IMG/VR virus record: IMGVR_UViG_2902511754_000003
Span: 1-64,000 of that record
DNA: 64,000 nucleotides
Source of the DNA: a virus
Taxonomy: Duplodnaviria > Caudoviricetes
Strand: one strand, 5' to 3'
Part shown: positions 19,593 to 29,602 of the stretch, in pieces
Position numbering within the stretch: position 1 is the stretch's first letter
Layout of the letters: every line of letters begins with the position of its first letter
Made by a program: the position numbers and the translations under genes
Notes under the pieces: model-generated
The model's input: only the letters and a program-made list of their open reading frames with translations
Told to the model about the DNA's origin: nothing
Databases searched by the model: none

Positions 19593-20185
19593 TAAACTTT
19601 TGCGGTTGTGGTTCTTGCTCTTTCGCCTTGGGCGATGTGTACGTGATTTTGCAGGCTGATTGCTCCGCCTTTAATATCACCGCTTGCCGTTACGCTGCCT
19701 TGTGTGCTGATATTGCCTTTTGTGGTGCTTGTACCGCTAGTTGAGAGTGAGCCGTTAATATTGACATTACCTTTGATGTTCACTGTCGGGCAGAAAATAT
19801 CAATTTGTTCACTGGCATTGATAAAGGCGGATTTTATCCCGGCCACATTTAATCGCCCACTTGCTTGGTTGTATTCAATGGTTGCGCCGTCGGCAAATTG
19901 AATGACGTGCAAATCGGGTGAATGGCTTGGGCTGTTTTGCGTGTAAAGCCCAACCAGCACACAAGCCGTGGTAAATTCACCGCTTGCCGCTAAAATCACA
20001 CATTGCTCGTTCACAGTCGGCGGCGACCACGTTTTTGTCGTGCCGGCACGGAGCGTAATAAAAGGTAAAAAATCTGTCAGAATTTGACCGCTCTTTACCC
20101 GCACACGGGCTGTCGCATAATCTACTTCGGCAATGGTGCCAAAACGAATCAGGTTATCTAATCGGCGGTTGAATTCGGCGGACAT
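19592..20185 (-). CDS. V: Baseplate spike V
   Basis: NLIRFGTIAEVD, WSPPTVNEQ, C-terminal HVH iron site. Confidence 0.95.
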   Translation of the reverse strand: MSAEFNRRLDNLIRFGTIAEVDYATARVRVKSGQILTDFLPFITLRAGTTKTWSPPTVNEQCVILAASGEFTTACVLVGLYTQNSPSHSPDLHVIQFADGATIEYNQASGRLNVAGIKSAFINASEQIDIFCPTVNIKGNVNINGSLSTSGTSTTKGNISTQGSVTASGDIKGGAISLQNHVHIAQGERARTTTAKV

Positions 20186-20217
20186 AAAGCCTTTTTTCAG
20201 TTGTAATAAATAGCGTT

Positions 20218-20276
20218 ATTGTTGGCGAGATGTGGAATAAATGCGAGGGTGGGGAAGTGTGAATTTTGGGGTAACA
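20218..20276 (-). promoter_or_regulatory. Late promoter PV
   Basis: TGT-N13-ACA-N10-CTCGCA-N18-AACAAT. Confidence 0.75.
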
Positions 20277-20322
20277 AAAAAGCAAGCCTGGTTAGCTTGC
20301 TCAGTATCAGGAATTGTAGCAG

Positions 20323-20625
20323 TTAGGCAAGGATTTCAATGCCTTTATGTTGGACTAATGTTAAAAGTTTTAACGCTGTGCCGGTGGGTTTTTTTACCCC
20401 TCTTTCCCATTCGGAAATCATATTTTTACTCACGTTAAGATAATGAGCAAAGACTGTTTGTGAAACACGCTCTTTTTCTCGAATAGCTTTGATTTCGTCC
20501 GGTGTAAATGTTGGCACAGGCGTTATACATAATTCATCAAATTTTTTCATGGTTTTTTTGTCCATTAATCCGGCTTCGTGTAAATCTGCCGCATTCTCAT
20601 GGATCATTGCTAATAATTCACTCAT
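20323..20625 (-). CDS. XRE-HTH antitoxin (HigA-like)
   Basis: IKAIREKERVSQTVFAHYLNVSKNMISEWERG; coupled to upstream RelE-like gene. Confidence 0.85.
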   Translation of the reverse strand: MSELLAMIHENAADLHEAGLMDKKTMKKFDELCITPVPTFTPDEIKAIREKERVSQTVFAHYLNVSKNMISEWERGVKKPTGTALKLLTLVQHKGIEILA

Positions 20626-21001
20626 TTTTTACCTCCGGTAACACTTCAATAAGTAACCCGTTTTGGATTTGTAACTCAATTTGTTGCGGTGTAAATGTTG
20701 CATAAACTTTGGCTAATTCTTTCAGTGCGGTAAGTTCTTGCGGTGAAATATTATCACGCACATTTTTACTAATTCCGGCAACAAAATAGTTATTTTCATT
20801 AATACGATAAAAGATAAAGGAACGGAAACCACCACTGCGCCCTTGACCTTCCCTTGCGAGACGTTGCTTAATAATATTGCCTCCTAAATCGGCATCAATT
20901 AAACCTTGTTCTGCTCGCATGATCGCTTTGAGTAGCTCGTTATCTAAAATATGGTTTTTTTGTGCGAATTTATCAAAGGCTTTGGTTTTAAAAATTCTCA
21001 T
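20618..21001 (-). CDS. RelE/ParE-family toxin (HigB-like)
   Basis: MRIFKTKAF, DADLGGNIIKQR, GRSGGFR. Confidence 0.85.
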   Translation of the reverse strand: MRIFKTKAFDKFAQKNHILDNELLKAIMRAEQGLIDADLGGNIIKQRLAREGQGRSGGFRSFIFYRINENNYFVAGISKNVRDNISPQELTALKELAKVYATFTPQQIELQIQNGLLIEVLPEVKNE

Positions 21002-21082
21002 TAGTGGTTCATTTTGTCATCTTTAAGAGTATATTAGCAAATTAATAAGCCCACTTCAATAAAAAGGGCTTTCGCCCTTTGG

Positions 21083-23968
21083 TTAAACACGATCTCGTAA
21101 AATGCTCCGTGAACGTGCTTGTTCTTGGTTTTGGATTTGCCTAAATTTTTGTTCAATAATGCGTCCAATATCTTTTTCATTCATGCCCGGGGCAGCATTG
21201 ATGGTGATTTGCACATTCATCGGCTGTGCAACTTGAGTAGTAACAGGACGTGCGGAAATTGGCGACCGGTGATCTACTTGCACCGGTGCGGCTGTGGCGA
21301 CACTGATACCTAACCCGCCTGCAATCAAGGCTTGTTTGCCGTAATTGAGGGCGTTTAGGGTGTGAATGCCAAGGCGTGAGGTCGCCTCTTTTGTCATCAC
21401 ATATTCGCCACCGTGAACGATGCCCATCGGTTGATATTTGCCACCGTTGCCAGTGTAACCGCCTTTAGAAAATCCTGTCATTGCTGCCATCTCTGCCGTT
21501 TTTTGGATTTGTTCTGCATGTTGTTTTGACACAAGCGTTGTGGCAATATCACTTACGCTTGGCATATTATCAACAACCCACTTGATACTATCCATCACCC
21601 ATTGCAGCGGTTTAGTGACTAAATCAATACCTGCAGCAAGCCATTCACCGAATTTTTTCCCCGCACTTGCGGCGGCATCTAGATCATCTCTGGTGCTTTG
21701 AACCGGTGAGAGTAAATCAGTAAACCATTTTACTGCTTTTTCAATCCAACCGACCACAACACCAAACAGATCGCCCAACGGCTTGAATTTTTCAATGACA
21801 GGGGCTAGACCTGATTTTAGACCTTCCCAAAAGCCACCAAAGAAACGTTTTACTTTTTCCCAATTTTTATAAATTAATATACCTGCTCCTACAAAAGCAG
21901 AAACTAATAACCCGATAGGAGAAAGTAAGAAACCTAATAGAGAACCGATTCCCAGTAAGATCATTCTAATTGGCGAAAATGCTACTCTAAGAATGGTTTT
22001 TAATACATTAAGCCAAAATGATAGATTTTTTGCATTTTTAACGATATTGATGAATGCCGTTGGAATTTTTTTTAATGTGCTATAAAACGCAATAGATTTT
22101 CCGATGATTGTCGTTTTTGTTCCTGATAAGGCATTGATTGTTGTTTTATAAGAAAACAAATGTTTGTTGGCAATAATGCTTGATAGTGACACTTTTTTCA
22201 GTGTTTGGTTAAATAAACCGCTTACACCGGTCAAGTGACCTAATTCTAAAATTAAGCGTGCAACCGGATAAAATAAAAAACTCATAGCAAAACTTAATGC
22301 ACCTAGTGCTGTGATTGTCATTGCAATGGCAGCAGCCCATTTCAAAATTTTAGCAGTAAGTTCAGGATTGGCTTTTATCCATTCGTTTACTTTTCTGATT
22401 AATTCTGTGAATGATTGAGTAAGTCCACGTATATCAGTTTCAATTGTTTTGTAAATTGCAATACCAACGGATTCACGAGCAGATTCAAGACTTTTCAGAT
22501 CACCTATTAAGTTGTCAGCCATCACTTTTGCCACTTGTTCAGCTCGACCGGCAGAGTTTTTTAATTTTTCGGTCATTTCCTGAATACCGTTAATACCGGC
22601 TTGATTGACTAATTCAACCATTGCTGTTGCGGCTTCTGTTCCAAAAATGGCTTTGTAATATGCCATTCTGTCGCCTGATCCCATTTTGGCGGTTTTACGC
22701 TCTATATCCACTAGGATATCGGTCAGCGCACGCATATTACCCTTACTATCTTTTGCGGAGACACCAAGTTTGGCTAATGCTTTGGCTGCTTGTTTCGGTG
22801 GTCCAGCAAGGCGTAACATGGCTGAACGTAATGATGTACCGGCTTGAGAGCCTTTAATCCCTACATTCCCTAATAATCCCACCATGGCTGACATGGTTTC
22901 AAAATTTTGTCCAGTGGAAACAGCGTTAGGACCAAGATATTTCATTGTGTCCCCCAAGGTTTCAAGCGTTGTATTAGTGCTTGAAAAAGTGGCTGTAAGT
23001 ACATCCGACACTCTTCCAAATTCATTTGTTGGAATTTTGAATCCTGATGAAATATCTGAAGCAATATCCGTTACTCGACCCAAATCGTCCATTCCGGAAG
23101 CAATAGCCATATTTAAAGTATGTGGGGTTGCTTCCAGTATTTCTTGATCATTGAATCCAGCCATTGCTAAATATCCTTGACCTTGAGCAACTTGCCCTGA
23201 TGTAAATTGGGTTTTTGAACCTAAATCAATTGCCTGCTCTCTTAGTTTTTCAATCCTTTTAAGATCTTCCTCTTTTGTTTTATCTAAATTTGTTAAAGCA
23301 ATAACTTTAGAGAAATCTTTTTCAAAGTCTAATGCTGGTTTCAACATAATCCCTGCGACAGCATTTCCCGCCGTACCCGCAATGACAGAACGTTGTCCAA
23401 AGGTTCGGAGTTGATCGCTTTTATTCTTAATATTATTGACACTATTTCGATAAGCCTGATTTCTTGCTTGCCGTTGTTGCAATTTTTTCATTGCCGCATT
23501 TTGTTTTTCAATTGCAGCAGTGGCTTGATTGATTTTGTCTTTAAGTTTTTGTTGGCTTTCTTTGAATTTTGAAGTATCAAAACCACCCTGTTTTAAAGAT
23601 TGGCGTAATTGATTTAATTTTCTACGCTGACTTTCTTGTGCTTGCGCCATTTTATGAGCCGACTTATGAGCGGCTTCCACTTGGCGTTTTAATGCAGCGG
23701 TAGGGTTTGCCGTATTCCGTAATTGTTCGGTTAATTTTTTGGCTTTCTCACGGGCATTAACTAATTCCTGATTATTTTTTTGCAGTGAGTTTTGTAATTT
23801 TTTGAAAGAATCTGCCGTTTTTTCTTGCTGTTTTAATTTGTTCAATTCCCCCGTTGCCCCTTTTACCGCTTTATCTAATTTTTCAATCTGTTTTTGTACA
23901 CCACGCAACGGCGTTGTTATTTTATCAACGGCTTCTAAAATAAACTTGAGTTCTAAATTTTTCATCAT
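21083..23968 (-). CDS. T: Tape measure protein (TP901-type core)
   Basis: Coiled-coil N-terminus, GQGYLAMAGF, GIKGSQAGT; 961 aa. Confidence 0.93.
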   Translation of the reverse strand: MMKNLELKFILEAVDKITTPLRGVQKQIEKLDKAVKGATGELNKLKQQEKTADSFKKLQNSLQKNNQELVNAREKAKKLTEQLRNTANPTAALKRQVEAAHKSAHKMAQAQESQRRKLNQLRQSLKQGGFDTSKFKESQQKLKDKINQATAAIEKQNAAMKKLQQRQARNQAYRNSVNNIKNKSDQLRTFGQRSVIAGTAGNAVAGIMLKPALDFEKDFSKVIALTNLDKTKEEDLKRIEKLREQAIDLGSKTQFTSGQVAQGQGYLAMAGFNDQEILEATPHTLNMAIASGMDDLGRVTDIASDISSGFKIPTNEFGRVSDVLTATFSSTNTTLETLGDTMKYLGPNAVSTGQNFETMSAMVGLLGNVGIKGSQAGTSLRSAMLRLAGPPKQAAKALAKLGVSAKDSKGNMRALTDILVDIERKTAKMGSGDRMAYYKAIFGTEAATAMVELVNQAGINGIQEMTEKLKNSAGRAEQVAKVMADNLIGDLKSLESARESVGIAIYKTIETDIRGLTQSFTELIRKVNEWIKANPELTAKILKWAAAIAMTITALGALSFAMSFLFYPVARLILELGHLTGVSGLFNQTLKKVSLSSIIANKHLFSYKTTINALSGTKTTIIGKSIAFYSTLKKIPTAFINIVKNAKNLSFWLNVLKTILRVAFSPIRMILLGIGSLLGFLLSPIGLLVSAFVGAGILIYKNWEKVKRFFGGFWEGLKSGLAPVIEKFKPLGDLFGVVVGWIEKAVKWFTDLLSPVQSTRDDLDAAASAGKKFGEWLAAGIDLVTKPLQWVMDSIKWVVDNMPSVSDIATTLVSKQHAEQIQKTAEMAAMTGFSKGGYTGNGGKYQPMGIVHGGEYVMTKEATSRLGIHTLNALNYGKQALIAGGLGISVATAAPVQVDHRSPISARPVTTQVAQPMNVQITINAAPGMNEKDIGRIIEQKFRQIQNQEQARSRSILRDRV

Positions 23969-24037
23969 TTACTCGCTTTTTCTTGACATTTCAGAAATAA
24001 AGGTTAAATAATAGGCAAACTAAATAAGGAGAGAACT

Positions 24038-24343
24038 ATGGAAATTTTTGTTTTGCTCATTGTTGTACCTATTGTTATCGGGCTATTTGTTGCGTTTGGT
24101 GCGGCTGTTTTTGCAGTGATCAGTTCTCTTATTATTGGTGCAATTTCACTGGCTGTCAGTTTTTGGTATGTAACGCTTTCTATAATGCTCGTATTCCTTG
24201 CTCCGATAGTTTATTTAAATGGTTGGTTGGCTTGGTTTTTAATTCCTCTCGCTATTGTAGCCATGGCTGTTTTCTTTGCCCCACTATCAGAAGAACAAAA
24301 AGCCAAAATTCAACGAGCAAAAGAATCGTTGAAAAATTCCTAG
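24038..24343 (+). CDS. Multi-TM membrane moron antisense to late operon
   Basis: AAGGAG RBS, upstream TTGACA, highly hydrophobic. Confidence 0.7.
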   Translation: MEIFVLLIVVPIVIGLFVAFGAAVFAVISSLIIGAISLAVSFWYVTLSIMLVFLAPIVYLNGWLAWFLIPLAIVAMAVFFAPLSEEQKAKIQRAKESLKNS

Positions 24344-24801
24344 ATACTTAATTGCTGTAATATCAGCTTTTCAATTTCAGCCACATCATCATTCCCAAAG
24401 CCCAACAATTCCCGTTGGGCGTATTGCACTTTAAAATCCTTGTTTTTTGACGGGCTTGATTTCAACCCGTATTGATGCACTGCCGCAATGGCTGCACCTG
24501 AGCCGTTAAATCCCACCGAAACTTCATTGCCATTCGACCGCACTTTTAAATGCTTGGTGGTGCGGAGCTTGGCAAACATGGCTTTGCGTTTGATTCGTCC
24601 TTGCTTTTGCCTGAAATTTTTACGGGGTTTACGGGGTTCAAATGCCGAACCATCGGGATTTTGTTGTCGTGCAATGCGTGCCGATTGGCTTTTTCTTAAC
24701 GCTTGCCCGATGTTGCGTGCCAGTTGTCTTCGAGCCTGTGGCGACAGATTATTGACAAGGGCGGTCAATTTCCCTTGGATTTCTTGTACCGTTGCCATCA
24801 T
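24340..24801 (-). CDS. S: Tail completion/virion morphogenesis S
   Basis: RIARQQNPDG, IAAVHQYG, QRELLG. Confidence 0.92.
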   Translation of the reverse strand: MMATVQEIQGKLTALVNNLSPQARRQLARNIGQALRKSQSARIARQQNPDGSAFEPRKPRKNFRQKQGRIKRKAMFAKLRTTKHLKVRSNGNEVSVGFNGSGAAIAAVHQYGLKSSPSKNKDFKVQYAQRELLGFGNDDVAEIEKLILQQLSI

Positions 24802-25265
24802 GCTTTACCCTCAAAAATCAAATTATCCCAAGTCTGCAAATAAACTTTTACCAAGCGTGGATCCTCAAGTACCGGTTCTTTTGCATAATTCAGTTGCACG
24901 CTGTCGCCGTCTTTTTTTGAGATCACACGCTCGGTGAGTTTGATTTCAAAACTGATGTCTGCGGTGTCGTTATTGTTGTAATCCACCTGAAACTTAAAGG
25001 AATTTTCACGCAGTTGGGGATTTTCAAAGATTTCCGGTTGATTGGTGCGTAGATAGGCAATCATCGGCACAACCAATGAAGCAATGTCACCGGCATAATC
25101 GGTCACAATGATGTTCAGTGTGTAGCGATATTCAAAACTAAATGAGCTTGCTCCGGTAGCGATGATTTGTCCGCCATCCGTGTAGAGCTGTAATTTGTCG
25201 GGATTTTCAATAAAATCCGGCAAACTTTGCTCAAGGATTTTGCGCAGTTGGTTGGGCTTTTTCAT
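24798..25265 (-). CDS. R: Tail completion R
   Basis: MKKPNQLR, SFEYRYTL, LTERV. Confidence 0.92.
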   Translation of the reverse strand: MKKPNQLRKILEQSLPDFIENPDKLQLYTDGGQIIATGASSFSFEYRYTLNIIVTDYAGDIASLVVPMIAYLRTNQPEIFENPQLRENSFKFQVDYNNNDTADISFEIKLTERVISKKDGDSVQLNYAKEPVLEDPRLVKVYLQTWDNLIFEGKA

Positions 25266-25477
25266 TTTCTAACATTCCGTTGGCGTTTTTCTTCCTGTTC
25301 TTGGCATATCACGCAACGGGTGACACCCTGAATGGTTTGGCGGCGTTTTTCGGGAATGGGGGCATCGCAATCTTCACAGTAAAGTCGGCTGACTGCCTTA
25401 AACGTGCGGTGTTTTTTCAGGGCGATTTCACGTGCCATTTCTTCAAGTTGTTGTGCACGGTCAAATTGATCAGTCAT
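25262..25477 (-). CDS. TraR/DksA C4 zinc-finger protein
   Basis: CEDCDAPIPEKRR...CVICQ. Confidence 0.88.
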   Translation of the reverse strand: MTDQFDRAQQLEEMAREIALKKHRTFKAVSRLYCEDCDAPIPEKRRQTIQGVTRCVICQEQEEKRQRNVRK

Positions 25478-25739
25478 TGGTTTTTTCCTTTTGATTAAAA
25501 TCTTCAATACATTTTTTTAAGCTGTGATTTTCAACCACGCATAAATTTAAACGGTGCTGTGCCTGTTGGTAGGCTTCCGCCAGTTCGCCGTTGGTGCGGA
25601 TTTGTGGCGAAAATTGACCGCACTCTGCCGTTTGTGGGCAGAGTATCGGTTGTTTAATGATTTGCGGAGCCGTTGAGCACGCCGCGCACGCTGTCAGGAA
25701 TAGGGCTGTCAGCCCAAGTTTGATGTTGTTTAAGTGCAT
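25470..25739 (-). CDS. o-spanin (Rz1-like lipoprotein)
   Basis: LTACAAC lipobox region, overlaps lysB. Confidence 0.8.
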   Translation of the reverse strand: MHLNNIKLGLTALFLTACAACSTAPQIIKQPILCPQTAECGQFSPQIRTNGELAEAYQQAQHRLNLCVVENHSLKKCIEDFNQKEKTND

Positions 25740-26004
25740 TTTTTAGATCCTGTGTTTGTTGGGTTTGTTGATGTTTTAGGGCATTAACGGCTTGGGTCAG
25801 TTGCTTTTGCTGTTCGGCAAACTGTTGCACGTGTTCATTTAATGCCATGTAAGAAGCCTGCCATTTGGCTTTGAGCTGTTCTTCTTTCACCATTTCAGCG
25901 TGCCAGTGATTGGCTTGCCAACCTTGAAACAAGATGAGCAGTAAGAGCAGCAACGGGCCAACTAATAACACCCATTTTTCTTCTGAACTTAAGAAGTTAA
26001 ACAT
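25654..26004 (-). CDS. lysB: i-spanin LysB-like
   Basis: N-terminal TM, coiled coil, WADSPIP. Confidence 0.8.
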   Translation of the reverse strand: MFNFLSSEEKWVLLVGPLLLLLLILFQGWQANHWHAEMVKEEQLKAKWQASYMALNEHVQQFAEQQKQLTQAVNALKHQQTQQTQDLKNALKQHQTWADSPIPDSVRGVLNGSANH

Positions 26005-26507
26005 AGGGCTTTCTCCTGTTGTCGGCGTTCAATTAAACCTTTTAGCGGTTTTCCATTTGCATAAATCCAACGTTCAAACTGACCGCACATAGCTTTGCTG
26101 TAACCTTTTCTTGCCATTTTAAAAAGCGTGCTGTTTTTGAGTTTGCCACATCCAACATTGAAGGTGATCGAGGTTAAGGCATCAAATGCCCCTTGGGGCA
26201 TGGCTTGCCCGTTGGCATAAGTGTTGACGCATTTTTCCGCCTGTTGTACGCCTTTGGCAAAAGCATTGGCGATTTCTTTGTCAGTGTAAATTTTGTTGGG
26301 AATAATTTTTTCTACGGCTTCCGTTGTGCCAATGCCAAAGGTTAGGACATCAGCAGGGCAGTGATAGGGCTTTCGTTGGCAGCCTTCGGCATTGCCAATG
26401 AGCAATAATCCTTTTTCCGAGGTGCGGATCTCATTGCCGTGTAAAGCCACGGTTAAACCAACAATGGCGGCGATACCACACGCCCATTTAGCGCTTTTTC
26501 TTATCAT
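25989..26507 (-). CDS. GH24 lysozyme with SAR-like N-terminus
   Basis: EGC...CPADVLTFGIG; Gly/Ala-rich N-terminal helix. Confidence 0.92.
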   Translation of the reverse strand: MIRKSAKWACGIAAIVGLTVALHGNEIRTSEKGLLLIGNAEGCQRKPYHCPADVLTFGIGTTEAVEKIIPNKIYTDKEIANAFAKGVQQAEKCVNTYANGQAMPQGAFDALTSITFNVGCGKLKNSTLFKMARKGYSKAMCGQFERWIYANGKPLKGLIERRQQEKALCLTS

Positions 26508-26715
26508 GGAGTTTTCCTTCTACTTCTAATTTTCTTAATTCAAAATCTTTTTTCTTGTAATACCAATTCACCACCCATGTAGCGATGGTGACGATAATCC
26601 CGACGATAACGCCGACATCGGCAAGCGTAACATTGCTGAACATATTGCTGATAAATCCCATAAATGCGGTAAATCCGCTTGATACATAAGGTGCGTGGCT
26701 TTGAATATCTTTCAT
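26488..26715 (-). CDS. Holin (HP1-type)
   Basis: TM segments, basic C-terminus VNWYYKKK, upstream of lysozyme. Confidence 0.82.
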   Translation of the reverse strand: MKDIQSHAPYVSSGFTAFMGFISNMFSNVTLADVGVIVGIIVTIATWVVNWYYKKKDFELRKLEVEGKLHDKKKR

Positions 26716-26717
26716 TT

Positions 26718-26927
26718 TTAGCTCCAAAGTTGCAGCGTATCTTGTGCCACGCTGATTTTTTCGGCGTTAGGATCGGGCAAATTCACTTCTGTGCCGATAG
26801 GGATTATTGGCAAGTGCATTAAATGCGGATTCAGTTCGCATGCGATTTCTAAATAACCTTGGCTTTTTCCCAAATGTCGATAAACAATGGCATCGAGATT
26901 GTCATTTTGTTGTGCGAGAACTTTCAT
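26718..26927 (-). CDS. X: Tail protein X
   Basis: LysM-like, C-terminal TLQLW. Confidence 0.92.
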   Translation of the reverse strand: MKVLAQQNDNLDAIVYRHLGKSQGYLEIACELNPHLMHLPIIPIGTEVNLPDPNAEKISVAQDTLQLWS

Positions 26928-27436
26928 TAGATCAGCTCCACGTCAATTCTTCGGCGTTTCAACATATCGCTAATAGCAAAACGGGCATCTCGGCGGAGTT
27001 GGTCGATGCTGTCTTTAAGTTGTTCCATTTTCTTTTCGCCCTCATGGGTGCTGTCGTAGCTGGCATAGCGTTCGTATAAATTGGCAACGGCAAGGCAAAT
27101 GACGGCACGTTGATAACGTTGCACCAAAATGCTTTCGTCATTTATGCGTGGAGCCGGAATACTTTCCAAATGACCGTATTTATCATTTTCCAGTTGAAAT
27201 GCGCTCAATTCTTCATTGACCGATGCCATCGCCTCAATCAGAGAATCTTTTAAGCGAAATTCGGTGACTGTGCCGTCAAGTCGCATTTGATTACGGCATT
27301 GCGAAATCGACAAATCAGGGAAAAAGGGTTCATTACTAATTAAATCATCGGTGTTAGGGTAGGTTTCGACCTGTTTTTGCACTGCGCCCATTTCATAATC
27401 GGGGGCAAGTTTGATTGAGATTGCACCGTCTGACAT
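26927..27436 (-). CDS. L: Head completion protein L
   Basis: FFPDLS, YQRAV, RFAISD. Confidence 0.9.
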   Translation of the reverse strand: MSDGAISIKLAPDYEMGAVQKQVETYPNTDDLISNEPFFPDLSISQCRNQMRLDGTVTEFRLKDSLIEAMASVNEELSAFQLENDKYGHLESIPAPRINDESILVQRYQRAVICLAVANLYERYASYDSTHEGEKKMEQLKDSIDQLRRDARFAISDMLKRRRIDVELI

Positions 27437-27641
27437 TGTGTTTACCTATAAAAAAGCGGGGTGGGGATTCATCAAGTGCGGTGTAAATTTAAGAAAACTT
27501 GACCGCACTTTGAATCCGCCCCGCGGCTGCGTGGTTTGTTTGGGTTATCGGAAAATCATTCCGTAAAGCACAATAAATGCGCTTGCTAAATACAATTTAA
27601 GAATTAAACTGTCGTAAGATTTTTTATTCATAGGATTTCCC

Positions 27642-27869
27642 ATGTCGAAAGATAAATTAATTGTTGCTATCAATTATTTCGGTAGTTTTTGTATTGGTGT
27701 ACTTGAATTTATCGCACGAGGTGATACAAAAACATTTGAGATATTTGGATATTCAATTAACACGCAACAAATTCATTTTCTTTCAATGATGATTTTTATG
27801 TATTTGACCTTGTTGAATTGGTCAATGGTTTCCAAATGTTTAAAAAGAATCTTGTCTAAATTCCTTTAA
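27642..27869 (+). CDS. Small membrane moron antisense to head operon
   Basis: AT-rich, two hydrophobic segments, AGGA RBS. Confidence 0.6.
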   Translation: MSKDKLIVAINYFGSFCIGVLEFIARGDTKTFEIFGYSINTQQIHFLSMMIFMYLTLLNWSMVSKCLKRILSKFL

Positions 27870-27870
27870 A

Positions 27871-28521
27871 TTAAGATTCAGCCTTTTCAAGCTGTTTTCT
27901 TAATTTTTTGATTTCACCTTTTACGCCGATTTTTTGATCTAAACCGAGGGCTGATTCAAGGTATTGCAAGGCTTGTTCGGGATTTTTTGCTGCAGTAAGC
28001 AATCCCAATTCACGCAATAATCTCGCTCGGCTTTCGTCCGGCATATCGCAATCGGTGGTAATGCGGTTTGCCTGTTCCAAATATGCCACGTTAAAAGGTT
28101 GATTTGCCGCTTGTGCCGCTTTGGCTGCATCGGCAAATTCTTCGGCGATAAGTGTGCCTAAGGTTCGGCTGAAGGGTTCAGGCAGTCGCAAATCGTGAAA
28201 AACGGCATAGTCGGCAATGGTTAAGGCAAGGTGATATTCGCCACAGTCAATCGCCCAGACACACCACGTCATCACCACATTATCTTGTTTGCCTGTGCCG
28301 GCAGATAATGCCCCTTCAAGCCAAGGCAGATAATCCGGCAAAATGCGTTTTTTAAAGGCTGCTTTACGCACCGTGGATTGAATTTGTTTCAAATCCTTTT
28401 TGTGGCGGGCAAGCAAGCGGAGCATTTTGTCGTATTCGCTAAATTGGCTTAAATCCTCGGTTTCTGCCGCATTGGCTAAAGCGGCAGAGACTTCCAGGAA
28501 ATGACGTTTAGTTGGGCGCAT
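27871..28521 (-). CDS. M: Terminase endonuclease subunit M
   Basis: MRPTKRHF start, YLPWLEG, WAIDCG, DMPDESRA. Confidence 0.92.
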   Translation of the reverse strand: MRPTKRHFLEVSAALANAAETEDLSQFSEYDKMLRLLARHKKDLKQIQSTVRKAAFKKRILPDYLPWLEGALSAGTGKQDNVVMTWCVWAIDCGEYHLALTIADYAVFHDLRLPEPFSRTLGTLIAEEFADAAKAAQAANQPFNVAYLEQANRITTDCDMPDESRARLLRELGLLTAAKNPEQALQYLESALGLDQKIGVKGEIKKLRKQLEKAES

Positions 28522-28525
28522 TGGC

Positions 28526-29581
28526 TTATTCCGTTGTGCCGTTAGTGGTTTCGGTAGCCGGTGCATCAACAATCCGGATGTTTTTCGCCAATGCCACTGC
28601 TTCATAGTTTTCGACCACGTATGCTTCATTTGAAGATAAATAGTCTTCCACTCGGTTGCGTTCCGGCTTGTCTTTAAAGTGACGGCGCACTTTGCCTTCT
28701 TGGACGTAGATTGACAAGTTATCCAATGCGGTAATCAGCACCGTGCCTTTCGGGAAATACGGCACAGACACCGCCTGTAAACCGCCCACCCGTTTTTGAC
28801 TGATGACCGTATCACCGGCGACTTGCTCACTTGGCTTTTCTTGGTTGATTAATGGGAAGTATTTATCCGCTAATAAATCGCTACCCATAATCGCTACTAA
28901 TTTAGTGTCGTCACGGTATTGTGCGGGAATAAAGTCTTCTTTGAGGGCGAACACAAAGGCATCAAGATTTTTGTAAGTTTTCCCTGTGCCGATTTCGATT
29001 TTGCCGCTGCCTTTGGTTTCTTCCGTCATCACACGGGCTGTGGCTTTGGTTTCAATTTGATGTAACCAGCCGACATTGACATCTTGCAATAATGGGTTGG
29101 CGGTAAGGTCTGTTGTGGTTGCAACACTTGAGCCGTTAAACCCGATCATAATACGGTCGTGTGCAATGCGTTCGGCTTTGAGATTGCCAATACGGGCGGC
29201 AAAATCAGGAAATTTCGCCCAACTATCCAAGGTGGCATAGTTTAAATGGGTGTCAAAGTTGGTTTGCTCACAAGAGTAGGTGTTTTCTTCAAGACTGTGA
29301 ATGTCTCTTGTTTCACGCTCTTTTTTGTTGGTATCGGTGCGGCTTGCAATCGGGCCTAATACGCCTAAACGCAAGGTCGCCCCCTTCATTTCGGTGACCA
29401 TCACCACATTAATGCGTTTTAGAAAATCGGAGTTTTCCAATACGGCATTTTCGAGTTTTTGTTGAATGGTTGGCTCAACGGTGAACTGACCGCCTGCGGC
29501 AACAAATTCTACGGATTCACCATTGTCTGCAGCAACACCGGCGAAATAATGGGCTAATTTGGTTTTGGTAAATTTATTCAT
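28526..29581 (-). CDS. N: Major capsid protein N (P2 family)
   Basis: FTVEPTIQQ, IMIGFNG, NPLLQDVNVGW. Confidence 0.96.
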   Translation of the reverse strand: MNKFTKTKLAHYFAGVAADNGESVEFVAAGGQFTVEPTIQQKLENAVLENSDFLKRINVVMVTEMKGATLRLGVLGPIASRTDTNKKERETRDIHSLEENTYSCEQTNFDTHLNYATLDSWAKFPDFAARIGNLKAERIAHDRIMIGFNGSSVATTTDLTANPLLQDVNVGWLHQIETKATARVMTEETKGSGKIEIGTGKTYKNLDAFVFALKEDFIPAQYRDDTKLVAIMGSDLLADKYFPLINQEKPSEQVAGDTVISQKRVGGLQAVSVPYFPKGTVLITALDNLSIYVQEGKVRRHFKDKPERNRVEDYLSSNEAYVVENYEAVALAKNIRIVDAPATETTNGTTE

Positions 29582-29602
29582 TTTGGCTTCCTGTGGTGAT
29601 GA

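Noticed and set aside
20320-20335. CTGCTACAAT resembling the end of a type II-C CRISPR repeat (Racr-like)
   Set aside because: Short match only, lying between the antitoxin stop and its terminator.
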